IMG/VR virus record: IMGVR_UViG_3300042997_001377
Span: 1 to 39,029 of that record
Length of the DNA: 39,029 nt
Source: a virus
Taxonomy: Duplodnaviria; Caudoviricetes
Reading direction: 5' to 3' (one strand)
In this document: positions 27,484 through 36,124 of the stretch, piece by piece
Numbering within the stretch: position 1 is the stretch's first letter
How the letters are laid out: each line of letters starts with the position of its first letter
Made by a program: the position numbers and the translations under genes
Notes under the pieces: generated by a model
What the model saw: only the letters and a program-made list of their open reading frames with translations
Told to the model about the DNA's origin: nothing
Databases searched by the model: none

Positions 27484-27753
27484 ATGAAAGATAAAATAAC
27501 TTGGTGGAAACTATTAATAGTATTTATTTCAGCAATAGTTTTAGAGGCGAATAGTATAGCTGGTTTTAAATATTTAATGGATAAAAATTGGATTGGCATG
27601 GTAATGATGGTTGGCATTAATCCTTATCTTTGTTTGCCACTTAATCATTATACAATAGAAGTTAAAACTTTTAAAGAAAGAACAATAATAGCAACAGCAT
27701 TTAGTTTAGGTTTTGCAGTTGGAGTTTTAACAATAAGACCATATTTTATATAA
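27484..27753 (+). CDS. Small 3-TM membrane protein with SMR-like first helix
   Basis: AIVLEANSIAGFK resembles EmrE TM1 (AILAEVIGTTLMK). Confidence 0.6.
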   Translation: MKDKITWWKLLIVFISAIVLEANSIAGFKYLMDKNWIGMVMMVGINPYLCLPLNHYTIEVKTFKERTIIATAFSLGFAVGVLTIRPYFI

Positions 27754-27769
27754 AAATCAAATAAAACTT

Positions 27770-27892
27770 ATGAGCTATTCAAACTATCAAAGAATTAAAA
27801 GAATTTTAAATTTCTATCATTCAAGAGGAACGAATAAAGAAAGCGTAAATTCTGTTTATCGTAAAATTATAAAACAAAAATTAGAAAAATGA
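27770..27892 (+). CDS. Small basic protein (40 aa, MSYSNYQRIKRILNFY...)
   Basis: Manual translation; ATGA overlap with the next gene. Confidence 0.55.
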   Translation: MSYSNYQRIKRILNFYHSRGTNKESVNSVYRKIIKQKLEK

Positions 27893-28395
27893 CAACAGCC
27901 GAAAACAACAATGGCAATAACTTATTATTAATAGCTATTATAACAGCTTTAATAGCTGCAATAGTATTGACTTCTTGCGGATCACGAAAAGTACAGAAAT
28001 CAGAAACAAAAGAACAAGAGCAAAAAAGTGAAAAAATTACTCTCGAAACTGAAACGATAGTAACAGACAACACTAAAATAATTGATACTTCTACAACTGA
28101 TGAAATTGAGATAGTTCCTGTTGATAATACTTTACCTATTACAGTTAATGGAAAAAAATACACAAATAGCCGTATTAAGTGGAAAAAAACTAAAAACAAT
28201 ATAAGTGTTGCAAAAGATGTAAAAGTCCAACACAAAGCACAAAAAGAGGGTTTAGTGATGGTTAAAAGAAACAAAATAATAGAAGTAAAACAAACTGAAC
28301 GTAAAGAATCTTATTGGTGGCTATTATGGTTATTACTTTTAATACCTATTTATTTTGGATATAAAAAATATAAAGATAATTTACCATTTATATAA
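27889..28395 (+). CDS. Lipoprotein with C-terminal TM; candidate unimolecular spanin
   Basis: Lipobox LTSC plus C-terminal WWLLWLLLLIPIYFGY. Confidence 0.65.
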   Translation: MTTAENNNGNNLLLIAIITALIAAIVLTSCGSRKVQKSETKEQEQKSEKITLETETIVTDNTKIIDTSTTDEIEIVPVDNTLPITVNGKKYTNSRIKWKKTKNNISVAKDVKVQHKAQKEGLVMVKRNKIIEVKQTERKESYWWLLWLLLLIPIYFGYKKYKDNLPFI

Positions 28396-28406
28396 AAATA
28401 AATTTT

Positions 28407-28495
28407 TACATTTGAAAATTCATAATAGTTTAGTTTGGTTAATTAATCCCCTATCGTGGTTTGTGGTGTACGCAGACGTAGATAGGGGATTTTTT
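28407..28495 (+). ncRNA. Candidate ~75-nt small RNA (promoter, anti-start-site seed, terminator)
   Basis: TACATTTG 28407-28414; seed 28421-28437; 11-bp stem 28445-28455/28481-28491 with inner G.U stem and U-tract. Confidence 0.55.
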
Positions 28496-28496
28496 A

Positions 28497-28745
28497 TTAA
28501 TAATTACATTTTACATCACCAACTGCTCCCTGATGTCCAGGTAAATCAATTACCTTTATTTCACCTGTACAGTTTTTCTTCATTTTCATTTTGGTAATTG
28601 GAGTTTGTAATACGTTAAAGAAAACCACTTCAACTGCTACTCCGCAATTACAATCTGTATTAGTTTCATTTGTAGGAGCATCATCTCCTGTTGAACAGCT
28701 AATTGACATTACAGCCAATGCTAAAATTAAAATTGTTTTTTTCAT
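28497..28745 (-). CDS. Small Cys-containing lipoprotein
   Basis: MKK, hydrophobic stretch, then SISC lipobox. Confidence 0.75.
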   Translation of the reverse strand: MKKTILILALAVMSISCSTGDDAPTNETNTDCNCGVAVEVVFFNVLQTPITKMKMKKNCTGEIKVIDLPGHQGAVGDVKCNY

Positions 28746-29002
28746 AATATTATTTGTTTTTCTAATAATTCTTTACAATCTTTTATAGTATATATACCCT
28801 GTTGGCTATTATCTAACGCATAAACTCTAATATTATCATCAGCATATAGACCTAATGAATTTAACCATCTACTATTATTCATACTTCTAAAAAATACAGG
28901 TTCAAATGCATTTTCAGAAATATACCATAATAAATCACCATCTTCATCTACTAATTTATCATGGTCAATGTATTCTTTCAAAACTCCAAATGTTGTACTC
29001 AT
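28742..29002 (-). CDS. Hypothetical protein
   Basis: ORF track; overlapping stop and start. Confidence 0.7.
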   Translation of the reverse strand: MSTTFGVLKEYIDHDKLVDEDGDLLWYISENAFEPVFFRSMNNSRWLNSLGLYADDNIRVYALDNSQQGIYTIKDCKELLEKQIIL

Positions 29003-29004
29003 AA

Positions 29005-29244
29005 TTAATTAAATTTAAGGTTAAATAGTTTATCGTAATCACTTTTTGCATCTATTAGTAATATTGCTTTTTGAGCTATTGCACTTTCAAGATACTTTAT
29101 GCAGATTAATTTCTGCTTTTCAAAGTTTTCGCTTCCTAATTCAGAATTATAATAATCATTGTAATGAACTATAAAATTCTTGTAATCGTTTTCTAATTGG
29201 TTGTAAGCAATGTAATGTTCGGTTGATAAAAATTTGTCTTTCAT
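29005..29244 (-). CDS. Hypothetical protein
   Basis: ORF track. Confidence 0.65.
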   Translation of the reverse strand: MKDKFLSTEHYIAYNQLENDYKNFIVHYNDYYNSELGSENFEKQKLICIKYLESAIAQKAILLIDAKSDYDKLFNLKFN

Positions 29245-29585
29245 AATGTATGTGATATATTAATGTTATTATTAATTGTGTGATAGTTTAACCACTTTTC
29301 ATCAATATTCTTTAGTTTAAAATCTATACGTTTAACAATATGCCTAACTTCGGGATAATATTCTAATTCGTGTAAAATTTTTTTATTGCCGTGAATTACT
29401 GTTGCGTGATCTCTATTAATAAACGTTCCTATTGATTTTAAGCTATGCCTTGTTTTTTCACAAGCAAAATAAAAATACAAGTGCCTTGCAAATACCATTT
29501 CTTGTAATCTATTTTTACTTATAATATCTTTTTCAGATATAAGAGTAACTTCTTTTACTGCTTCTAAAATTCTTTTTAATTCCAT
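29241..29585 (-). CDS. DnaA C-terminal-like helix-turn-helix DNA-binding protein
   Basis: R...V.ARH...SLKSIG....RDHATVIHG. Confidence 0.85.
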   Translation of the reverse strand: MELKRILEAVKEVTLISEKDIISKNRLQEMVFARHLYFYFACEKTRHSLKSIGTFINRDHATVIHGNKKILHELEYYPEVRHIVKRIDFKLKNIDEKWLNYHTINNNINISHTL

Positions 29586-29594
29586 AATATTAAT

Positions 29595-30494
29595 TTAAAA
29601 TGTTGGTTTACTTTTTGGTGCTTCTACAATTTGATTGTCTAAAGATAAAGTATAAGGAAGCCAATCTTTATTAACTGATATGCCAAATGCTTCCCATTTT
29701 TTACCTCTACCTCTTTGACAAGTAACACTTGAGAAACTTCCTTCATCTTTAATAATAACAACCGTTTCACATTTTTGTTGTAAAATAGTTCCTAAATGAC
29801 CTCTAGCTTTGTCTTGTCCAGGATTAAGGTGTAGCACTCCTGTTATGTGAGCTTTACTTAATGTTGAGTATTTCATTAAAGACTGAGTAAATTCAGTTGA
29901 TTCAACCAAGTCGTTAAAATTATCAAGCATATCAACATAACCATCAATAGAAACTACTCCTAATTTATTTCTATATTCACTTTCCATAAACAGCCATTTA
30001 AGATAATCCCTTCTAATTTTAGCATTGTGTTCACGCAAGTTTATTGCTATGTAGTTATCAGGAATTACAGGACTTTGTGGTGTTCCATACATTTTGCATA
30101 TCCTATCTGCGCCTAATCGTGAATAGTAAGCATCTTGCTCGGTGTCTAAATCTATAATGTATTTATCTCTAAGATTATGACCTTTAATATCAGAAGAATA
30201 GTTTACGCTGTTACCATCAAAACAACAACCTAATAGCAAAGATTTAAGCCAGGATTTCCTTGCTTTTTCTTCACCTTTAATCATTGAAATGTTACCAAAA
30301 GTACCAAATATTAAATGATTAAATTCTCCATTGTAAGCTATATCATCATAGCCTATTGAGATTGCTAATTGCGGTTTACTTACTTTGCTTTTTAAGTCAA
30401 GTGTTGATAGTTTATGTATCTCACTAAAATCAACATCTAAACTATCTAATGCTTGTTTAAGCTGTACCGTTGGTATATCTATTTTAAATTCCAT
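29595..30494 (-). CDS. AAA_25/RecA-like P-loop ATPase (putative helicase)
   Basis: GEEKARKS variant Walker A, DTEQ, SIDG, VLHLN, RGHLG. Confidence 0.8.
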   Translation of the reverse strand: MEFKIDIPTVQLKQALDSLDVDFSEIHKLSTLDLKSKVSKPQLAISIGYDDIAYNGEFNHLIFGTFGNISMIKGEEKARKSWLKSLLLGCCFDGNSVNYSSDIKGHNLRDKYIIDLDTEQDAYYSRLGADRICKMYGTPQSPVIPDNYIAINLREHNAKIRRDYLKWLFMESEYRNKLGVVSIDGYVDMLDNFNDLVESTEFTQSLMKYSTLSKAHITGVLHLNPGQDKARGHLGTILQQKCETVVIIKDEGSFSSVTCQRGRGKKWEAFGISVNKDWLPYTLSLDNQIVEAPKSKPTF

Positions 30495-30495
30495 A

Positions 30496-31116
30496 TTAAA
30501 ATAATTTAGTTTGATTTGTATGGTTTTTTATTCTTTGAATTGCTTTGTCGTAATATTCTGAATCAAGTTCACAAGCTGTTAAATCAAATCCATAATCGTG
30601 ACAAGCTATTGCAATACTTCCTGAACCTAAATGAGTATCGAGTATTTTGTCGCCTTGTTTTGTTTTACAATATTCAAACATATATTTATAAACATAAATA
30701 GGTTTTTGTGTTGGATGAAAACGTTCTAAATCTGTACTTGACTTTTTCATTATTTTAGCAGGTTTATCAAAAGAAGTCCAAACTAACTCACAAGCTGATA
30801 AAGTTGGCATAGCTTGATTTTTATCCCAACAAACAAATCCTCTTGTATTAGGTAAGTATTCAAAAAAATAATTAGCACCAAAAACAACTTGATTTTTAGA
30901 TACTCTAAATAATTCATTCCAATATTCTTTTGTAGGTAACACATCCCATTTTTTATCTACATATAAAAGTCTTGAAGGGTCATCTTTTCTTTTACCACCA
31001 CCACTACTTAACCTATCACCAAGTCCATAAGGTGGGTCTACAATAGCCAAATCAAAATGCTTATCAGGATAACGAGCCATTAACTCCATATTATCCTCGT
31101 TAGTTATATTTAGCAT
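30496..31116 (-). CDS. Orphan amino DNA methyltransferase (N6/N4, beta class)
   Basis: DPPY, HPTQKP, DTHLGSGS. Confidence 0.92.
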   Translation of the reverse strand: MLNITNEDNMELMARYPDKHFDLAIVDPPYGLGDRLSSGGGKRKDDPSRLLYVDKKWDVLPTKEYWNELFRVSKNQVVFGANYFFEYLPNTRGFVCWDKNQAMPTLSACELVWTSFDKPAKIMKKSSTDLERFHPTQKPIYVYKYMFEYCKTKQGDKILDTHLGSGSIAIACHDYGFDLTACELDSEYYDKAIQRIKNHTNQTKLF

Positions 31117-31628
31117 TATGGTAAGTTTTTATATTTGTTACAGAACTCGGTAATTGTGTTATTTAATGAAATAAATACTTTATCTTCTTTTAATATTCCT
31201 TCAAAGTAATCCATTATCATTTTATCTTTTAAAAGTTCATTTTCTAAATTACGTTCTTTTTCAGTCAATAATGCTGGGTGCTTATCAGTAATACCTAAAT
31301 CATTAATATATTTATTCATTAATACATCGTTTACTTCTTGCGTAAACTTTTCGTAGTAAAATTCAATAGGATGTTTTAAGTAATGGTGCATTGTCTTTTG
31401 TGCCATTTTAAAATCACCTTTATAAAAATGTACTTCCTGAGCAAATACTCTACAAAATAACTTAGCAAACAAAATATCGTTTTTAAGAGCTTGTTTTTTA
31501 TTTTCCATAACCCAGTTAGCTAAAAACGAATAAGCGTCTAAATCAATCTGTTTTGGCTCATATTTGCCATTTTCAAGTCTATAACTCATTTGTGCAAATG
31601 CTTGTTCTATATTATTTATCTTTCTCAT
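31116..31628 (-). CDS. Hypothetical protein
   Basis: ORF track; translationally coupled to neighbours. Confidence 0.75.
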   Translation of the reverse strand: MRKINNIEQAFAQMSYRLENGKYEPKQIDLDAYSFLANWVMENKKQALKNDILFAKLFCRVFAQEVHFYKGDFKMAQKTMHHYLKHPIEFYYEKFTQEVNDVLMNKYINDLGITDKHPALLTEKERNLENELLKDKMIMDYFEGILKEDKVFISLNNTITEFCNKYKNLP

Positions 31629-32299
31629 TGTTTTTTAGTTTCAAAAATTAGTTTAACTATTTGTTCTCTTAATTTTGTAGTTGATAAAATATTCTTTTTC
31701 CAAAATTCACTTTTAGGTGAACTTAAATAACTCCATACATCTCTTAAGTCTTGTAATGTACATTCATTATTTTCAATCATTAATCTAATCGGAGTAACAT
31801 AGTTTTTAAACTTTGCATTTTTTTGTGTTACTGCTGATATAGATTTATCAGTTAAATTTCTAATAAATAATTCTTGAAAGTTTTTAGCAATTTCAAAATA
31901 TTTTTTTAAATTATCTTCAACATCTGAAATTTCAATTTCGGATAAGAGTTTATTATTTATATCAATAATATCACTATCACTATCACTATCGGCTTTTTTG
32001 GGTTCTTTTGGGTTTTCTTCGGTTTCCAAATTACCCACTGGGTTTTTTGGTCTACCACCATTTTTACCGTTATTTCTGTTTCTTTCAACTATATTTTCGT
32101 ACTTCTTTAAATCTCTTTTTAATATGTTTTTAAAATGCTCAAAAGCCATATCAATTACTTCATCATCACATATTGGATTTTCATCATCACAATAACTAAA
32201 AAGTGTTTTAAAAAGTATTCCTGCTCTTTCGTTTGAAAGTTTATTTACCATACCTCTTGAGTCTGTATAAATAATAAATGATTTTTTACCTTGTGCCAT
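31625..32299 (-). CDS. Putative replication initiator (DUF6291-like N-terminus)
   Basis: KKSFIIY, NGKNGGRPK, DSDSDSD linker, FWKKNILSTTKLREQ. Confidence 0.75.
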   Translation of the reverse strand: MAQGKKSFIIYTDSRGMVNKLSNERAGILFKTLFSYCDDENPICDDEVIDMAFEHFKNILKRDLKKYENIVERNRNNGKNGGRPKNPVGNLETEENPKEPKKADSDSDSDIIDINNKLLSEIEISDVEDNLKKYFEIAKNFQELFIRNLTDKSISAVTQKNAKFKNYVTPIRLMIENNECTLQDLRDVWSYLSSPKSEFWKKNILSTTKLREQIVKLIFETKKQ

Positions 32300-32300
32300 T

Positions 32301-32522
32301 TTATACCTCGCTTTCTGTTATTTTATTAATTTCAGTTCGCAAGGTTTTAGCAAATTTAATTGCAGTACTTTTATCTAATAAAATAAAAGATTTCTGTTCA
32401 TTATCACTAATAGAACCTATTTCAATCCATATTCTATTTGTATCTTCCCCAAAGTAAGCATTAGAGGTAATGTAAACATCATCACAATCCGCATCTAAAA
32501 ACTTTAATTCAAATTTTGCCAT
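32301..32522 (-). CDS. Hypothetical 73-aa protein (MAKFELKF...)
   Basis: ATG at 32522 lies after the terminator; LDKSTAIKFAKTLRTEINKI. Confidence 0.7.
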   Translation of the reverse strand: MAKFELKFLDADCDDVYITSNAYFGEDTNRIWIEIGSISDNEQKSFILLDKSTAIKFAKTLRTEINKITESEV

Positions 32523-32565
32523 AATACTAAAGGTTTTAAGATACCTATAAACTATTAAGTTAAAT

Positions 32566-32669
32566 AAAAAACTCGCATTATCCACTGCCTCTTACCTCAG
32601 TTTCAAATACGAGTTCGTATAATATTTTTAAGTTGCTAATTGTAAGAGGGCAACTGAAATGCAAATATA
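32566..32669 (-). promoter_or_regulatory. Promoter with attenuator-like leader (cassette C)
   Basis: TATATTTG 32669-32662; terminator stem 32615-32606/32579-32570 plus U-tract. Confidence 0.6.
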
Positions 32670-32679
32670 TTAAAATATT

Positions 32680-33051
32680 TTAGAAAGGCAAATCATCTTC
32701 TTCATATTTTTGCCCTAAAGGTTGAGTATATTCTTTTTTACCTTTATACTTTTCTTCTTTAATAGTTTCTGCACCAGCTTCTACTTTCTCTATTTTCCAA
32801 CATTCTAAAGTATTAAAAGCAATTTCTTTACCTTCTTTATTAGTCCATAAGCGACCTTTAATATTCAAATGTACTTTTACTTCTTGACCTGGTTTATAGT
32901 TGCTTAAAGTATCGCATTTATCTTTAATAACTTGAAGTTGTAAATACTGTTTGTACTCCTCTTGAGTTTCAACAATAAATTCTCTTTTTGAAAATGTATC
33001 TGTTACATTTTGCGTTTCACCTATTGAGTGAATTTTTACATTTAATTCCAT
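32680..33051 (-). CDS. DUF3127-family single-stranded DNA-binding protein
   Basis: FSKREFIVET...GRLW...FNTLECWKI; acidic tail DDLPF. Confidence 0.85.
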   Translation of the reverse strand: MELNVKIHSIGETQNVTDTFSKREFIVETQEEYKQYLQLQVIKDKCDTLSNYKPGQEVKVHLNIKGRLWTNKEGKEIAFNTLECWKIEKVEAGAETIKEEKYKGKKEYTQPLGQKYEEDDLPF

Positions 33052-33053
33052 AA

Positions 33054-33200
33054 TTATTTAATTTTTAAGTTGGTTAATTCGTTTTGTAAATTGTGTAAAT
33101 AATGATTAGTAAAAATAGTTTCTTTTAATTCTTTTGTTTTTGCAATTTCATCTCGCAAATAACTAATGTAATCTTCTTTGTCTTGTTTGTTAAATTTCAT
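33054..33200 (-). CDS. Hypothetical 48-aa protein
   Basis: Manual translation (MKFNKQDKE...). Confidence 0.5.
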   Translation of the reverse strand: MKFNKQDKEDYISYLRDEIAKTKELKETIFTNHYLHNLQNELTNLKIK

Positions 33201-33204
33201 AGTT

Positions 33205-33372
33205 TTAAAATATAGTTGTGTTATAATTAATTTGATATGCCCTGAAGTAATAGTTTTTATGTTTACATTCTAAAAATTCCTTATATGACATTCTCATTTT
33301 TTTTGGATTAGTTAAACCTTTCTTATGAAAAGCTACTACATCGACCTCAACATCTTTTATTAAATTCTTCAT
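33205..33372 (-). CDS. Hypothetical 55-aa protein
   Basis: Manual translation (MKNLIKDVEV...). Confidence 0.5.
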   Translation of the reverse strand: MKNLIKDVEVDVVAFHKKGLTNPKKMRMSYKEFLECKHKNYYFRAYQINYNTTIF

Positions 33373-33429
33373 TTATAGTTTCAAATATTAAATATTCTTC
33401 AACATCGAGTTCGTTTAATTCTTGTTCGT

Positions 33430-34029
33430 TCATTTGTTTAATTTTTTAATGTTTTCTCTAATTTCTTTTAAGTTCTCTAAATCCCATACTTTGCTAAATT
33501 GTTTATCAATAGAAGCAAGTCTAACTAATTCATTATACCTTTCAACTCCGATTCTTTTAGGCAAGTTTAAAGCATAGTTACTAAAATTACCTTCAAGTTT
33601 GTTATTGCAAAAAAAGCATTGTCCTGCAATATTATCTAAATTAAATTTTAAAGTTGTAAAACTATTAGCAGAGTAATGATGCCCAGCTTCAAATTCGGGA
33701 TTCCAATTACAACCACAAGAAATACATGGCTTTCCTTGATCTCTTTTTCTAACGTATGCGTGAACAACAGTTTTTGTAATTAACAATGCACCCGAAATAC
33801 CTTTTTTTTCTTTGTGTTCTTTATCTGCTTTTTCTAATTCAATTCGTGGTTTTTGAGCTTTGTTCAATGCTTTTGAAAGTATCAATTTACCTACTTCTGT
33901 TTCAGTTAAAAATTCTGCATAACAAGAACTGCACAAACCATATTTTCTAAAAGCCACATTAACTAACTTTCCACAACCTTGAAAAGATATTGCGTTTGAT
34001 TGTCCTTTGCATTTTTTTTCTTTTATCAT
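33430..34029 (-). CDS. ninG: NinG/Rap-like recombination endonuclease
   Basis: YVRKRD..PCISCG...AGHH...NIAGQC..CN....GN. Confidence 0.85.
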   Translation of the reverse strand: MIKEKKCKGQSNAISFQGCGKLVNVAFRKYGLCSSCYAEFLTETEVGKLILSKALNKAQKPRIELEKADKEHKEKKGISGALLITKTVVHAYVRKRDQGKPCISCGCNWNPEFEAGHHYSANSFTTLKFNLDNIAGQCFFCNNKLEGNFSNYALNLPKRIGVERYNELVRLASIDKQFSKVWDLENLKEIRENIKKLNK

Positions 34030-34055
34030 ATTTGATTTTTTATTTTTTTAAAAAA

Positions 34056-34550
34056 TTATATTGATTTTAATGCATTTTGATAGGCATTATGAGCATCTAA
34101 TTCATATATATATAAACCTAAATAAATTTTTTTACTTTTAATTTGTATTTGCGATTGCCATTTTTTAAGTCTTTTATTCCAATAAACACCTATATATTTA
34201 GATGTGCTTTTTATATGTTTTAAATTGCAATTTTCTCTATTAGTAACAATTTCTAAATTTGTAAGTCTATTATCTGTTTTGATAAAATTTTTATGATTAA
34301 CAACAAATTTAAACCCACAAGGAGTATGACCTAAAAAAGCAATAGCTACTAATTGATGAACTTGCCTTGTGTTTGAAACTCCATCTAAATATAAGTTAAT
34401 ATTATAATATCCTGTACTATTTATTATAGGATTTAATACTTTAGTTAGTCCGCTTCTTCTATAATTTAAACTTCTAACATTACCTAAATTACTAACTTCA
34501 TAGTTTTTATAACCATCAATAGTTTTCCAAATTTCTTTTTGATTTTCCAT
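34056..34550 (-). CDS. NUMOD4-HNH homing endonuclease with C-terminal AP2-like domain
   Basis: EIWKTIDGY.NYEVSNLGNVRS, VHQLVA, VNHKN...DN...NLE, SKYIGVYW; probable start at 34550. Confidence 0.9.
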   Translation of the reverse strand: MENQKEIWKTIDGYKNYEVSNLGNVRSLNYRRSGLTKVLNPIINSTGYYNINLYLDGVSNTRQVHQLVAIAFLGHTPCGFKFVVNHKNFIKTDNRLTNLEIVTNRENCNLKHIKSTSKYIGVYWNKRLKKWQSQIQIKSKKIYLGLYIYELDAHNAYQNALKSI

Positions 34551-34557
34551 ATAATTA

Positions 34558-34665
34558 CCCGACAATTTACAAAGGCTTATCCGTTGTGCCAATATTGGCT
34601 TTGAGGCAATGCAAAATGTCGGGATTAAATTTTATGTTTGTGAACGAATAAGCATTACAAATATA
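34558..34665 (-). promoter_or_regulatory. Promoter with structured leader (cassette B)
   Basis: TATATTTG 34665-34658; 14-position stem 34623-34610/34571-34558. Confidence 0.6.
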
Positions 34666-34670
34666 CAAAA

Positions 34671-35495
34671 TTAAATTTGATTTAATCTAATTGACTTATA
34701 ATATTCTACGGCTAAAGGAATTTTAGATAAAAGAAGTTGCTCTTTTTCAATATCCCTTTTTATAATAAAACTCTTTACTCTTTCTTCCTTTGTATAATTT
34801 CCGTTGCTAAAAATTAAATTTTGTTCTAACTGTTTAAATAATCTTTGCATAATTGGATTTTCATCATCTAAAATTCCATATTTATTTCGCAATTTCCATT
34901 TTTCATTTTCTAAAATATGCTCAGGACAATCAGTTAAAGTATAATGCAAATGAAATTCATCAGCATCATAAAGATACATATAAGCGCGACCTTGCCATTC
35001 ATATATAGTAGATAAATCTCCATTCATAAAAGTTAAAGGCGACCAGGAACTTTTTATATCTTTAATTACTTTTACTCCATTAATTGTGCAAACTATATCA
35101 GCTTCTCCAGTAATATGCCCAATAGTTTTACGTTCTGCATTTTTTTCGTAAATAGAATTTTCAATTTCAGAAACTAAAATAATTCCATCATCTTCATTAA
35201 AATTTCCTTTCTCAACATATTTACTTGATAATTCTTCATAAAAACCTTTTTCGTTAAATAGCCATGTTTTTTCAATAAAACTTTTAGCTGTGTCACTTAG
35301 TGTAGGTTTTGCATTTTCTTTGCTTAAAAGTAGCTCAAAATCGATTTTTTGCTTATCTGTTAATGGCTTTCCTTCTCCAGCATCACGAAGTTTATAATCT
35401 GCTAAAGTTTGTTTTTGATTTTCAGTTAAAACAATTCCGCGACTTTCAGTTAAAAGCGCACCAATCGATGATGCGCGAAATAATATTTTTTCCAT
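34671..35495 (-). CDS. YqaJ / lambda-exo-like PD-(D/E)XK exonuclease
   Basis: FRASSIG, GEADI, DIKSSW, YEWQGRAYM. Confidence 0.85.
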   Translation of the reverse strand: MEKILFRASSIGALLTESRGIVLTENQKQTLADYKLRDAGEGKPLTDKQKIDFELLLSKENAKPTLSDTAKSFIEKTWLFNEKGFYEELSSKYVEKGNFNEDDGIILVSEIENSIYEKNAERKTIGHITGEADIVCTINGVKVIKDIKSSWSPLTFMNGDLSTIYEWQGRAYMYLYDADEFHLHYTLTDCPEHILENEKWKLRNKYGILDDENPIMQRLFKQLEQNLIFSNGNYTKEERVKSFIIKRDIEKEQLLLSKIPLAVEYYKSIRLNQI

Positions 35496-35509
35496 AATAG
35501 TTTAGTTTG

Positions 35510-36109
35510 TTATAGTTTGTTTAAAGTATTTAAAGTATATTCATAAAATTTTGGATTTCTACCAAATACAGCTTTTTTTATTGCATCAAATTTTTCTGCA
35601 TCAATTTTTTCTTTTTTACTTTCAAAAATTGCCTCTAGGTTAATCCAATCTAATTCCGTAAGTTCAGCTTTTAATGGCACAGGCGCAGAAGTTTTCCTTT
35701 GATCGTTGTCAATATCATCTTCATCGGTTGCAATATGAAAATATTTTAATAAAAAATATCTTTCCGCATAAGTTAGAGCAGATCCAACACCTTTATCCCA
35801 ATCATTTTGACCGTTTGCGCCAAAAAGATTTTCGTCTTTTTCTCCACTTTCAACATCAATCCAAGTAAATTTCATCATTATTTTAGATAAAATTTCGGAT
35901 TTACTTCCTTTAGCAGTTGAATAGTCTTGCCTTGTATTTTCAATAGATAAAACTTCTTGCTTTAAAAGCAGTCCTAAATCATTCATCATTGGCTTAATTT
36001 CGCCAAGCAATTTATCACCTGTAACATATTTATAATTATATGTTGCTTTGTCTTTGCCTAATCCGTTAATCCTTTTTTGAATAGTCAATAATTTTTCGTA
36101 AATTTTCAT
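35510..36109 (-). CDS. ERF-family single-strand annealing protein
   Basis: GSALTYAERYFLLKYFHIATDEDD. Confidence 0.9.
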   Translation of the reverse strand: MKIYEKLLTIQKRINGLGKDKATYNYKYVTGDKLLGEIKPMMNDLGLLLKQEVLSIENTRQDYSTAKGSKSEILSKIMMKFTWIDVESGEKDENLFGANGQNDWDKGVGSALTYAERYFLLKYFHIATDEDDIDNDQRKTSAPVPLKAELTELDWINLEAIFESKKEKIDAEKFDAIKKAVFGRNPKFYEYTLNTLNKL

Positions 36110-36124
36110 AATAGTTTGTTTAAG

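Noticed and set aside
28406-28423. Minus-strand micro-ORF MNFQM as a real gene
   Set aside because: Only 5 codons and overlapping a + strand promoter box; the antisense-seed reading explains it better, though a decayed gene start is not excluded.
34056-34665. HNH gene plus structured leader as a group I intron or OMEGA/HEARO-type RNA-guided nuclease
   Set aside because: Flanking genes are intact, no intron core is visible, and the protein is NUMOD4-HNH-AP2 with no RuvC motifs.
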